Shown piece after piece: positions 50,899-59,245 of a stretch of DNA of 64,000 nucleotides. Each line of letters starts with the position of its first letter. Within the stretch, counting starts at the first letter, position 1. The DNA is taken from assembly GCA_052146595.1 (NCBI GenBank), contig JBKQMT010000110.1, forward strand, positions 14,275 to 78,274, in the 5' to 3' direction. The stretch comes from Acidimicrobiales bacterium. GTDB taxonomy: Bacteria > Actinomycetota > Acidimicrobiia > Acidimicrobiales > Bog-793. Both the position numbers and the translations under genes were made by a program. The notes beneath the pieces were generated by a model. The model was given only the letters and a program-made list of their open reading frames with translations, had not been told where the DNA came from and did no database searches.

Positions 50899-51321
50899 TT
50901 AGCTGGCGGCTGGCAGATCTGCGACTGCGGCGTCGACGAGGTCCTTCGGGATGCGAGCTCCTCCGACGAGCAAGCCGCCGGCGGCTTCCACCGCGTCGGC
51001 CAGAGGGGCCGCCCACAGGTCCTCGATCAGGATGACGGCGGCAGACGAATCCTCGAAGAGCTCTTCGGCGACGAACTCGTAGTCCTCGGGCCCGATCAGA
51101 CCGCCGACCTCGCCCTCGATCTCGGCGAAGCCTGACAGCTGGTCGTGCTCGTCGAATTCGACCACGCTGACGTCGCCGTCAGCGTTCTTCGTGAGGAACA
51201 CGAGGTCGAGGAGCCGTATCTTGCCTGTGTCGACGAGCGTCTTCAGTGCCGGGGCGATGTCGTCACTGAGGGTCCCGTCGGGGAACGTTACAACGAGGTA
51301 TTCAACCGGTCCGATTGTCAT
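50899..51321 (-). CDS. DUF6325-like small soluble protein
   Basis: MTIGPVEYLVVTFPDGTLSDDIAPALKTLVDTGKIRLLDLVFLTKNADGDVSVVEFDE matches the family as I recall it. AAGGAGAG precedes the ATG at 51321. The longer track ORF is an N-terminal artefact. Confidence 0.75.
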   Translation of the reverse strand: MTIGPVEYLVVTFPDGTLSDDIAPALKTLVDTGKIRLLDLVFLTKNADGDVSVVEFDEHDQLSGFAEIEGEVGGLIGPEDYEFVAEELFEDSSAAVILIEDLWAAPLADAVEAAGGLLVGGARIPKDLVDAAVADLPAAS

Positions 51322-51534
51322 GGTCACCAACTCTCCTTGGGCGACCGGGGTGTTTCCCCGATCGCACTTGAGAATGACCATAGGAGTCGACGCATCGGAT
51401 CGAAATCCCGCAACCGCGTGTTTCTCGCCAAGACGTGAGGGCGTACCTACCACCGAGCCCGCCAGCTGGTGGGACTCGGGACTTAGGTGGGAGGCGAGCC
51501 GCCGCGCTCGGGAAGCCGTCCTCAGGGACGTGGT

Positions 51535-51574
51535 GGGGGCGCCGACACGGGCAATGCCGATCGTCGGCGCCCCC
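51535..51574. other. strong extended hairpin in a 430-nt non-coding gap
   Basis: gGGGGCGCCGAC at 51535-51546 pairs with GTCGGCGCCCCc at 51563-51574. An inner ggca/tgcc stem is also present. Confidence 0.5.
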
Positions 51575-51753
51575 TCCACCGCGGTACCCAGCGTTTGACC
51601 CCCCGGTGGCGCCGGGTCCGGCCTTGCTCTACAGGGTCCAAGCGAGGTGTGGATACGGTATTCGCCGATGGCGGCGCCGTCAACAGGTCGACTCGTTTGA
51701 GGCGGCCACCCGCCGCCAGGATGTCATGGCGTCCCACCCGGTGGTGAGGCCGC

Positions 51754-53523
51754 TCAGGAGAACAAACCCTCCAGGGAGAGGATCGCCTCCAGGGCTTCGG
51801 CCGCGATCGGATGTGAGAATAGTGATCCTTGGCCGAAGCGGCACTGCTCTTTCTGGAGCGTGGCGAGCTGCCAGCCCTGCTCGATCCCCTCGGCGAACGT
51901 CTCGATGCCGAGCGTCCGGCACAGGCTCAGAAGGGTGTGGATGGCGCTGATCGCTTCGGGAGAGTCGGCCATGGCGGCGACGAACGACCCGTCGATCTTG
52001 AGGGCGCCGAGCGGCAGCCGCTCGAGATGGGCAGGTGAGGAGCCGGTGCCGAAGCCGTCCACCGCGACGAGAACGCCGAGCTCCCCGAGCTCGTCAAATC
52101 GCCGGGCCACGCTGTCGGTGGAGCTCGACAGGCTCGGCTCTGCGACGTCGATGATGAGCGACGCGGGCTCGAGCGCCGTGGCCTGAAGTATGTCTCGGAG
52201 CTGGTCGACGAAGTCGTCCGCCTCGAGCTGGCGCGTCGAGACGTTGATCGACATCGTCAGCTCATGTCCGAGCCGGTGCCAGGCGACGGCCTGCCGGCAG
52301 GCTTGCTTTAGCACCCATGACCCGACAGGGACGATCATCTCGGTGTTCGCCAGCACGGGTCCGAAGTACTCGGGATCCACGACGCCCCGGACGGGGTGCC
52401 TCCAGCGGAGAAACGCCTCCGCGCCCCACACGCCGGCGCTGTTCAGCTCGAACACGGGCTGATAGACGAGGAAGAACTGGTTCTCCTGGAGTGCCTCGCG
52501 CAGGTCAGTCTCGAGCTCGAGCCGCTCCATGGCGGCGGACTTCATCTCGGGCCTGAATCGGACGTGACAGTTCCTTCCCTGCGCCTTGGCCTGACAGAGG
52601 GCGATGGCGGCGTCGCGCAGGAGGTCGTCCGGCTCGTCGCTCTCATTCGTCGCGATGCCGATGCTTGCCGTGACCGACAGCGGGACGTCGTCGAACCCTT
52701 CGAGGCGGAAGGGCTCTTTCAACGTGTCCAGCAGCCTTTCGGCGAGCAGCTCCGGCCCTCCAGAAAGTGACAAGCCGTCTGCCAGGATTGCGAATTCGTC
52801 GCCGCTCGGCCGCCCGATGGTGTCGCTTGCCCTCAGAACTGCCATGAGACGGCGCGCGACCGCTTTCAACAGCTCGTCCCCGGCCTCCTGTCCGAGGTTG
52901 TCGTTGATGGACTTGAAGTTGTCCAGATCGACGAGCAGGGCGGCGACCAGTTGGTGATCTCGTTGAGAGCGCAGCAGGACCTGCTGGAGACGATCACGGA
53001 TGAGCGTTCGGTCCGGGAGGCAGGTCAGGGCGTCATGTCCCAACCGGCGGCGGGCCTGAACCTCGGTGCCGTCTTGCAGCTGCTCGGTCTCCCTCTGGGC
53101 GGTGAGATCGAAGATCACCCCGTCTATCCAGAGCGGGAGCCCGTCAGGGCCGGCGACGCTCCGACCGCGCTCGGCGACCCACTTGTAGGCGCCGGCGGCG
53201 TCCACCAGCCGGTACTCGACCGAGAAGGAGCCGTCTCGGCCCAGCGCGTCCCGCACGACCTCGCTCACGTGCCCCCGGTCCTCGATGCAGATGATCGATG
53301 CGAAGGAGCGGACGTTGTCCCGGGTGAAATCCGTCGCCGGGTAGCCGGTCAGCACTTCGATGTGATCGCTGATGAAGAGCATTGTCCAAGGTTCGGCGCA
53401 CTCGCGGCGGTACACGGCGCCGGGGATGTTGAGGACGAGGGACCGGAACTGCTCTTCGCCCTCGTGTCCGGCCATCGCCTGCGCGGTCGACGCCGTCGAG
53501 TCAAACATCGAGCGCATATTCAT
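51754..53523 (-). CDS. PAS-GGDEF-EAL signalling protein (variant motifs)
   Basis: There are two PAS-like segments. The GGDEF domain carries RPSGDEFAIL. The EAL domain carries GAEAFLRWRHP, later VDGFGTG, and AEGIEQ. Confidence 0.85.
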   Translation of the reverse strand: MNMRSMFDSTASTAQAMAGHEGEEQFRSLVLNIPGAVYRRECAEPWTMLFISDHIEVLTGYPATDFTRDNVRSFASIICIEDRGHVSEVVRDALGRDGSFSVEYRLVDAAGAYKWVAERGRSVAGPDGLPLWIDGVIFDLTAQRETEQLQDGTEVQARRRLGHDALTCLPDRTLIRDRLQQVLLRSQRDHQLVAALLVDLDNFKSINDNLGQEAGDELLKAVARRLMAVLRASDTIGRPSGDEFAILADGLSLSGGPELLAERLLDTLKEPFRLEGFDDVPLSVTASIGIATNESDEPDDLLRDAAIALCQAKAQGRNCHVRFRPEMKSAAMERLELETDLREALQENQFFLVYQPVFELNSAGVWGAEAFLRWRHPVRGVVDPEYFGPVLANTEMIVPVGSWVLKQACRQAVAWHRLGHELTMSINVSTRQLEADDFVDQLRDILQATALEPASLIIDVAEPSLSSSTDSVARRFDELGELGVLVAVDGFGTGSSPAHLERLPLGALKIDGSFVAAMADSPEAISAIHTLLSLCRTLGIETFAEGIEQGWQLATLQKEQCRFGQGSLFSHPIAAEALEAILSLEGLFS

Positions 53524-53594
53524 CTAGAGAATTGTCGACGCCGACTGCGGGAACTTGACCCCTACAAACTGCAGGTCGTCCAACCGCAGCGCTC

Positions 53595-55076
53595 TCAATC
53601 CGATCGTGCGGCGGCCGACCCCACCGGCCAACGGCCGATGCCGCCGTTCTCGAGAAGGAAGCTCGTCACGCTCCGGTCCGCGTGCTCGGCCCGCCAGGCG
53701 AGCATCGACTGTGCATAGCCGAGGACCCGCGAGGGGTCGTCGACCTCCGTTCTCCAGCTGGGGTCGGCCTCGAGGTCGTAGCAGCGCCACGAACCGTCTG
53801 CGAATTGCACGTACGCCCCATCGTCGCATCGCCGGACGGCGAGGTTGCGCCGCTCGAGGTGCCTGTCCCACGGCCAGTCGAAGGCGGCAGCGGGAAGGCC
53901 CAAGTACCGCCAGTCGAACTCCCAGGTGGCCGCGGAGCGCCACCACGGCGGAAGACGCCCTTGCAGGAACGCAGTGAGCGGCAGCCCGTCGCATTGCGCG
54001 GGGATATCGAGATTCAGCGCCTCGCAGATCGTAGGGAAGAGGTCGACGTTCTCGGTGAAGGCGTGGACGACGGTCCCTTGGGCCTCGACAAGCCCGGGGG
54101 CGCGAACGATGCCCGGCACCCGGTAGCTCTCTTCGAAATAGCCGAGCTTGCCCATCAACCCGTGATCTCCGAGTTGTTCGCCGTGATCCGATGTCACGAT
54201 CACAAAGGTTTCCTGCCACTGACCCAGTCGTTCGAGGGCGTCCCAGACCCGGCCGAGCTGGGCATCGACATCACCGATCATCCCGTAGTACTGAGCCCGC
54301 AACCGCCGGAGGGTGCGCTCGTCCGCAGGAGCCGCCGCCAACGGTGAGCGAAGCGCCTCCTGGTGAAGCTCGTGGCGGTTCGGCCCGGGGGCGATCGGCA
54401 TGTCGACGTCGTCAGGATCGAAGGCGAGTGCCCAGTGACCTGCGGCGGCGTAGGGAGGATGCGGTCTCAGATAGCTCAGGTGGGCGAACCAAGGCTCGTC
54501 TCGTCGCTCGAGCCACTCCAGGTAGCGGTTCGTCATGAAGGCGGACACGCCTACCTCTTCGGGCCTGTCGGGTTCCGTCGCCAGGGCGCCGTCTGCTGCC
54601 GACGACACGTCGTAGCCGAGCTGGCGGAGCCATTCGACCCACACGGCGTAGTTGCCGGTCAGGTCGAGGCCGACGCTGAAGCCCGGAAGCACTCCTTCGT
54701 AGCTGGAAAGGCGGGGATCGTCAGGTGACTGGACGGTTCGCGGATCGACCCCCTGGTCCGTATAGCCGAAAAGTGTGGGATCGAGACCGGCCCTCCGACC
54801 GGCGCGGGCCAGATTGTCCAGTCGGTCGTCGAGCGGGGTGCCGTTGGCGACGACGCGGTTGTTCATCTGATAAGTGCCCGTGTAGAGGCACGCGCGTCCG
54901 GGCGCGCAGGGCGCGGCCTGGCTGTAGTGGCGATCGAACCGCACGCCTGAAGCGGCGAGCCGGTCCAGGTTCGGTGTGCGAACGACATGATGGCCGGCAG
55001 CCGACAGGCAGTCGCCCCGGAACTGATCCAGCGTCACCAACAGCAGGTTCACCCGGCCTCCGAATACGGACTGCAC
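53595..55076 (-). CDS. sulfatase-family hydrolase (Cys-type formylglycine motif)
   Basis: LLLVTLDQFRGD and the C-x-P-x-R motif PCAPGRACLYTG are present, followed by VIVTSDHGEQLGDHG. Length is 493 aa. Confidence 0.85.
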   Translation of the reverse strand: MQSVFGGRVNLLLVTLDQFRGDCLSAAGHHVVRTPNLDRLAASGVRFDRHYSQAAPCAPGRACLYTGTYQMNNRVVANGTPLDDRLDNLARAGRRAGLDPTLFGYTDQGVDPRTVQSPDDPRLSSYEGVLPGFSVGLDLTGNYAVWVEWLRQLGYDVSSAADGALATEPDRPEEVGVSAFMTNRYLEWLERRDEPWFAHLSYLRPHPPYAAAGHWALAFDPDDVDMPIAPGPNRHELHQEALRSPLAAAPADERTLRRLRAQYYGMIGDVDAQLGRVWDALERLGQWQETFVIVTSDHGEQLGDHGLMGKLGYFEESYRVPGIVRAPGLVEAQGTVVHAFTENVDLFPTICEALNLDIPAQCDGLPLTAFLQGRLPPWWRSAATWEFDWRYLGLPAAAFDWPWDRHLERRNLAVRRCDDGAYVQFADGSWRCYDLEADPSWRTEVDDPSRVLGYAQSMLAWRAEHADRSVTSFLLENGGIGRWPVGSAAARSD

Positions 55077-55306
55077 CTACTCCATCATGGCGGAATCATG
55101 GAGCGTACCGCTCGGGGCTTGAAGAGGCATTGCTCAGACCGATACACGACCGAGCAGTCAAGCTCAGTTACCCTGTCTGAGGAGCTCTGGAGCCGTCTTG
55201 TGCTTAATCGGCGGCTGGTGGGGGTCCTCAAGTGTTGTCGGCGTCGAGACGATGAATATGTAGGGGATCCGAGAGGAAGCCGGGCACCGGGTGAGAAAGG
55301 GGCACG

Positions 55307-56134
55307 TTGGGCGATCCTCCAGACGACTTAGAGCCTCCGGCTGAATCCGCCGGTGAGAGCTCGGTGGGGGGGTCCCTCGACAACGCCGCGTCCGCTGCGC
55401 CCAGCAGCCCATCGGACGATGACAGGCTTGTCGAAGTTCGTCGGCGTCTCGGGCGCCTGTCGGCAGAGACTGGTTCGATCCGCGTCGCCTTGCAGCCCAT
55501 AGTCGATCTCGCCACGACGAAGGTGATCGGCTACGAGGCGCTGGCGCGCTTTCCCGGGGATGAGACGATCTCACCGCGAAGATGGTTTGACGAGGCAGCC
55601 GAGGTCGGCCTGCTGCGCGAGATCGAGATGGCCTCCATCCGAGCGGCGCTCGCGCAACTCGCCCAGCTGCCGCCGGAGCTGTTCATCTCTGTCAACGTGT
55701 CACCGGTGACGGCGGCGTCGGAGGAGCTCGGCCAGGCCCTCAGCAGCGTCGACGGATCGCGTGTCGTCCTCGAGATCACGGAGAACGCCGCCGCGGTCGG
55801 CTACGAGGAGGTCAGCGAAGCCGTCGGCCTGCTTCGCGCCAACGGGGTGAGGATCGCCCTGGATGACACCGGATCGGGCGACGTGAGCTTCTCCAGCCTG
55901 TTGGACGTCCACGCAGACATCATCAAGATCGACGTCGACATCACCCACGGGATCGCTTCGGATCCGATGAAAGAAGCGATGGCCGCCTCCCTCAAGTCGC
56001 TCGCGGACCGGTTGGGCGCGATGAGCCTGGCCGAGGGTATCGAGACCGAAGAAGAGCTCGAACGTCTCAGGGAATTGGGTGTTGAAGCCGGTCAGGGGTA
56101 CCTATTCGGCCGGCCTGAGCCTGCCGGCGCGTAG
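55307..56134 (+). CDS. stand-alone EAL-domain protein (c-di-GMP phosphodiesterase type)
   Basis: Supporting motifs are LQPIVDL, GYEALARF, LEITEN, LDDTGSG, IKID, AEGIETEEE and GQGYLFGRP. The TTG start is uncertain. Confidence 0.8.
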   Translation: MGDPPDDLEPPAESAGESSVGGSLDNAASAAPSSPSDDDRLVEVRRRLGRLSAETGSIRVALQPIVDLATTKVIGYEALARFPGDETISPRRWFDEAAEVGLLREIEMASIRAALAQLAQLPPELFISVNVSPVTAASEELGQALSSVDGSRVVLEITENAAAVGYEEVSEAVGLLRANGVRIALDDTGSGDVSFSSLLDVHADIIKIDVDITHGIASDPMKEAMAASLKSLADRLGAMSLAEGIETEEELERLRELGVEAGQGYLFGRPEPAGA

Positions 56135-56257
56135 GCATCCTCCCCGCCCGAACCTGGCCCTGACCGGCCGAAAGCGCCAATGCTCGTGGCCCCCCTTGGC
56201 CCCGGCGCGGGGTGCCTGGAACTGCCGTGGACTTTCCTCTCTTGCCTCCCGCGCTGC

Positions 56258-56278
56258 TTTCCAGTAACTATCTGGAAA
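56258..56278. promoter_or_regulatory. inverted repeat TTTCCAG-N7-CTGGAAA upstream of the MerR-TetR regulator
   Basis: The 7-bp perfect arms lie in a relatively AT-rich patch 48-68 nt upstream of the GTG at 56326. Confidence 0.45.
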
Positions 56279-56325
56279 TAGAATCTTGATCGGCGTCACC
56301 CGGACATTGGAGCGAGAAGAGGCCG

Positions 56326-57258
56326 GTGGAAGGCAGCCGCTGGAGAGGGTCAGAAGAGACCCGGGGCCCGTGGGCTCCCGAGCTCTCCTCGCGCGGAGAA
56401 ACGTCGTCCGGCCCCGCCGGCCCGGCCCCCGCTCTGTCCCGCCTGGCGGACTCGACCGGCTCCGAGGACCGTTTCACCATCTCCGTGCTCGCCGAGAAGA
56501 CGGCCACGCCAGTGCCGACCATCCATCACTACCGTCACCTCGGCCTCTTGCCGGAGGCAACCGAGCTTGCCTCCAATCGCTTTCTCTACGACAAGCGCCA
56601 CGTCGAGGCGCTCAATGTCATCCGCCTGCTCCGCGAGCAGAGAAACCTGCCGCTCGAGGCCATTCGTGAGATGCTCCCCGAGCTGCTCGCCTTCGAGCGG
56701 GAGGGCGATTTCTCACTCGACACCTGGGACGACGTGATCGCCGCCTACCTGGAGCGGTCCGGTCCGGCCGTCGTCTCGGCCCGGCTCGTCGCCGCCGCCC
56801 GGGAGGCTTTCGCCCAGCACGGCTACGCGGGCGTCAATGTCGCGGACATCTGCAGCGCTGCCGACGTCGCCAAGGGGACCTTCTACAGGTACTTCGACTC
56901 GAAAGAGGAGATCTTCCTCGCTGCGGCCCGTTCCACCGTCGATGCCGTGGGGGAGCAGCTGGACGAGCTGCCGGCGCCAATGAGCGAGCACCAGGCGATC
57001 GAGAAGCTGAAGCTCCTGCTCGGCCCCATGGCTCCGCTGCTGTTGGAGGTGGCGACCGGGGAGCTCCGCCACCAGCCGAACCTGGTCGGCGTCGCAGGTG
57101 TCATCACCGCCGGCCTCGCAAGCCGGGTGGTGCCGCGGCTGCGAACGAGAGGCAAGGCCGCGAGGGTGACCGCCCGGCGGGTTGTGGACGCGGCCCTGGT
57201 CGGGTTGCTCCGGCCGACTCTCGAGTCGGCAAGCTCTTCCCAGCCTCCGCCTCCCTGA
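56326..57258 (+). CDS. fused MerR-type and TetR-type HTH transcriptional regulator
   Basis: A MerR HTH and coiled region (FTISVLAEKTATPVPTIHHYRHLGLLPEA...YDKRHVEALNVIRLLREQRNLPLEAIREML) is followed by a TetR HTH (AAAREAFAQHGYAGVNVADICSAADVAKGTFYRYFDSKEEIF) and a helical ligand domain. Confidence 0.8.
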   Translation: MEGSRWRGSEETRGPWAPELSSRGETSSGPAGPAPALSRLADSTGSEDRFTISVLAEKTATPVPTIHHYRHLGLLPEATELASNRFLYDKRHVEALNVIRLLREQRNLPLEAIREMLPELLAFEREGDFSLDTWDDVIAAYLERSGPAVVSARLVAAAREAFAQHGYAGVNVADICSAADVAKGTFYRYFDSKEEIFLAAARSTVDAVGEQLDELPAPMSEHQAIEKLKLLLGPMAPLLLEVATGELRHQPNLVGVAGVITAGLASRVVPRLRTRGKAARVTARRVVDAALVGLLRPTLESASSSQPPPP

Positions 57259-57397
57259 TTCTTTGCCGCCGTGCCGCGCCCGGCTCCTCGGCTGCGTGAC
57301 TTCGGAACCGCAGGTCCGGGGCTGGTTCACAGCGGGCTGAGCCCCGTGACAGCCGTTTGGGAGGTCCCTCGTGCGGAGCGGAGCTGACCACAATCCC

Positions 57398-57425
57398 TTG
57401 ACGAGGGAGCCCGCGCACGTATAAC
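57398..57425 (+). promoter_or_regulatory. sigma-70-like promoter TTGACG-N16-TATAAC ahead of hpnC
   Basis: The -35 element is at 57398-57403 and the -10 element at 57420-57425. GAAGGAG at 57457-57463 lies 7 nt before the ATG at 57471. Confidence 0.5.
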
Positions 57426-57470
57426 AAAGGTGGACTGGTGGTCATCGGCGCTACGCGAAGGAGTAGACCG

Positions 57471-58409
57471 ATGGTGTCTATTGGATCAGGCCGATCCCCC
57501 CGAAGCGGTTTCGACGTGCCGGACCGGCTCGCTACGAAGGCATCTGGCCTCCCTCTCGGAGGCGGGCTCGACGCGCCCGATCTGCTGGCCCGGAAGGCAA
57601 GGAGCGAGAACTTCCCGGTGGCCTCGCACCTGTTGGCTCGAGAGGCCCGGGCGAGCCTCATGGCGATCTATGGTTTCGCCCGCCTTGTGGACGACCTCGG
57701 CGACGAGGCGGAAGGCGATCGCCTTTCCCTGTTGGACTGGCTCGAGGCGGACCTTGAGCGTGCGGCCGCCGGCAACGCCACCCATCCCGTGCTCCAGCAG
57801 CTCTCGCCGGTGATCGAGGGCCTCGAGCTGAGCCTGGACCCGTTTCGAGCCCTTATCGAGGCGAACCGGATGGACCAGCGCGTCACCCGCTACCAGAGCT
57901 TCGGCGACCTGGCGGACTACTGCATGTTGTCCGCCGCGCCGGTGGGTCGGCTGGTGCTGGCGGTATTCGGGGTCTCGACGCCGGAACGGGTCGCTCTTTC
58001 CGACAAGGTGTGCATCGGCTTGCAGCTCGTGGAGCACCTCCAGGACATCGGAGAGGATGCGAGGCGGGGGCGTGTCTACATGCCGGCCGAGGACATGGGG
58101 CACGTCCGCTGTGGCGAGGGCGACCTGTTGGCGGCCTGCGCGCCGCCAGCGCTGAGGAGCCTTGTCGCCATGGAAGTGACGAGGGCTCGCGAGCTGCTCG
58201 GCGCCGGGGCGCCGCTCGCGGCATCGCTCCGCCTGCGTCCCCGGGCAGCGGTGGTCGGCTTCGTGGCCGGGGGCGAGGCTGCCCTCGACTCCATCGGCCG
58301 CGCCCGCAACGACGTGCTCGGGAACCGTTGCCGTCCCCGGAAGATCCCCTTCGCCCGCCGGGCGCTGTCGGGCCTCGTGGTGGCGAGCGTGAAGCGGGGC
58401 CGGTCTTGA
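57471..58409 (+). CDS. hpnC: squalene synthase HpnC (hydroxysqualene synthase)
   Basis: Supporting motifs are SENFPVASHLL, IYGFARLVDDLGDE and LQLVEHLQDIGEDARRGRVYMP. The start is set at the SD-preceded ATG 57471; GTG 57438 is also in frame. Confidence 0.85.
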   Translation: MVSIGSGRSPRSGFDVPDRLATKASGLPLGGGLDAPDLLARKARSENFPVASHLLAREARASLMAIYGFARLVDDLGDEAEGDRLSLLDWLEADLERAAAGNATHPVLQQLSPVIEGLELSLDPFRALIEANRMDQRVTRYQSFGDLADYCMLSAAPVGRLVLAVFGVSTPERVALSDKVCIGLQLVEHLQDIGEDARRGRVYMPAEDMGHVRCGEGDLLAACAPPALRSLVAMEVTRARELLGAGAPLAASLRLRPRAAVVGFVAGGEAALDSIGRARNDVLGNRCRPRKIPFARRALSGLVVASVKRGRS

Positions 58410-59245
58410 ACACCGATCTCGCCTACGACTTCTGCGAGGCCGTCACACGGCAGGAAGCCAAGAACTTCGCATACGGCATCAGGCTGCTCAAGAAGCCAGA
58501 GCGACGGGCGCTCTCGGCTGTCTACGCGCTCGCCCGGCGCATCGACGACATCGGCGACGGCCAGGCTCCGCCGGAGCTGAAGCTCGCCGGCCTGCAGACC
58601 GTCCGCAAGGAGATCGACCCGATCGATCCCCAGACGAACGACCCGGTCCTGGTGGCGGTGGCGGACGCGGCACGCAATTACGGTCTTCCGATGTCCTGCT
58701 TCGCGGAGATCATCGACGGCTGCGAGATGGACGTCACGGGCACGTCCTACGAGACGATCGACGATCTCGTCGGTTACTGCCGCAGGGTGGCGGGCTCGGT
58801 CGGCCGGCTCTCGCTCGCCGTGTTCGGCTCCCCCCAGCCTGAGTACGCGGTGCCCCTCGCCGATGCGCTCGGCGTCGCCCTCCAGCTCACGAACATTCTG
58901 CGGGACATCGTCGAGGACCGTTCTGCGGGGCGCGTGTACCTGCCTCGTACTGACGCCGAGTCGGTCGGCTGCGCTCCGGATCTCACCGGGCCGCCGGCCG
59001 AGATCGCCCGGCTGGTCGCGCTCGAGTGCCGCCGCGCCGACGAGTGGTTCGCCGAGGGCCTGCAGCTGCTGGCGCTGCTCGACAGCCGGAGCCGGGCCTG
59101 CGTGGCGGCCATGGCCGGCATCTACCGGCGTCTGCTGGTGCGCATAGAGCGGGAACCGATGGCCGTGACGCGGGGGCGCGTTTCGTTGCCGACCTGGGAG
59201 AAAGCCCTTGTCGCAGGCCGGAGCCTGGCAGGGGCGCTGCCATGA
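58406..59245 (+). CDS. hpnD: presqualene diphosphate synthase HpnD
   Basis: The TTG at 58406 overlaps the hpnC TGA. Supporting motifs are AKNFAYGIRLL, VYALARRIDDIGDG and LQLTNILRDIVEDRSAGRVYLP. Confidence 0.85.
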   Translation: MNTDLAYDFCEAVTRQEAKNFAYGIRLLKKPERRALSAVYALARRIDDIGDGQAPPELKLAGLQTVRKEIDPIDPQTNDPVLVAVADAARNYGLPMSCFAEIIDGCEMDVTGTSYETIDDLVGYCRRVAGSVGRLSLAVFGSPQPEYAVPLADALGVALQLTNILRDIVEDRSAGRVYLPRTDAESVGCAPDLTGPPAEIARLVALECRRADEWFAEGLQLLALLDSRSRACVAAMAGIYRRLLVRIEREPMAVTRGRVSLPTWEKALVAGRSLAGALP

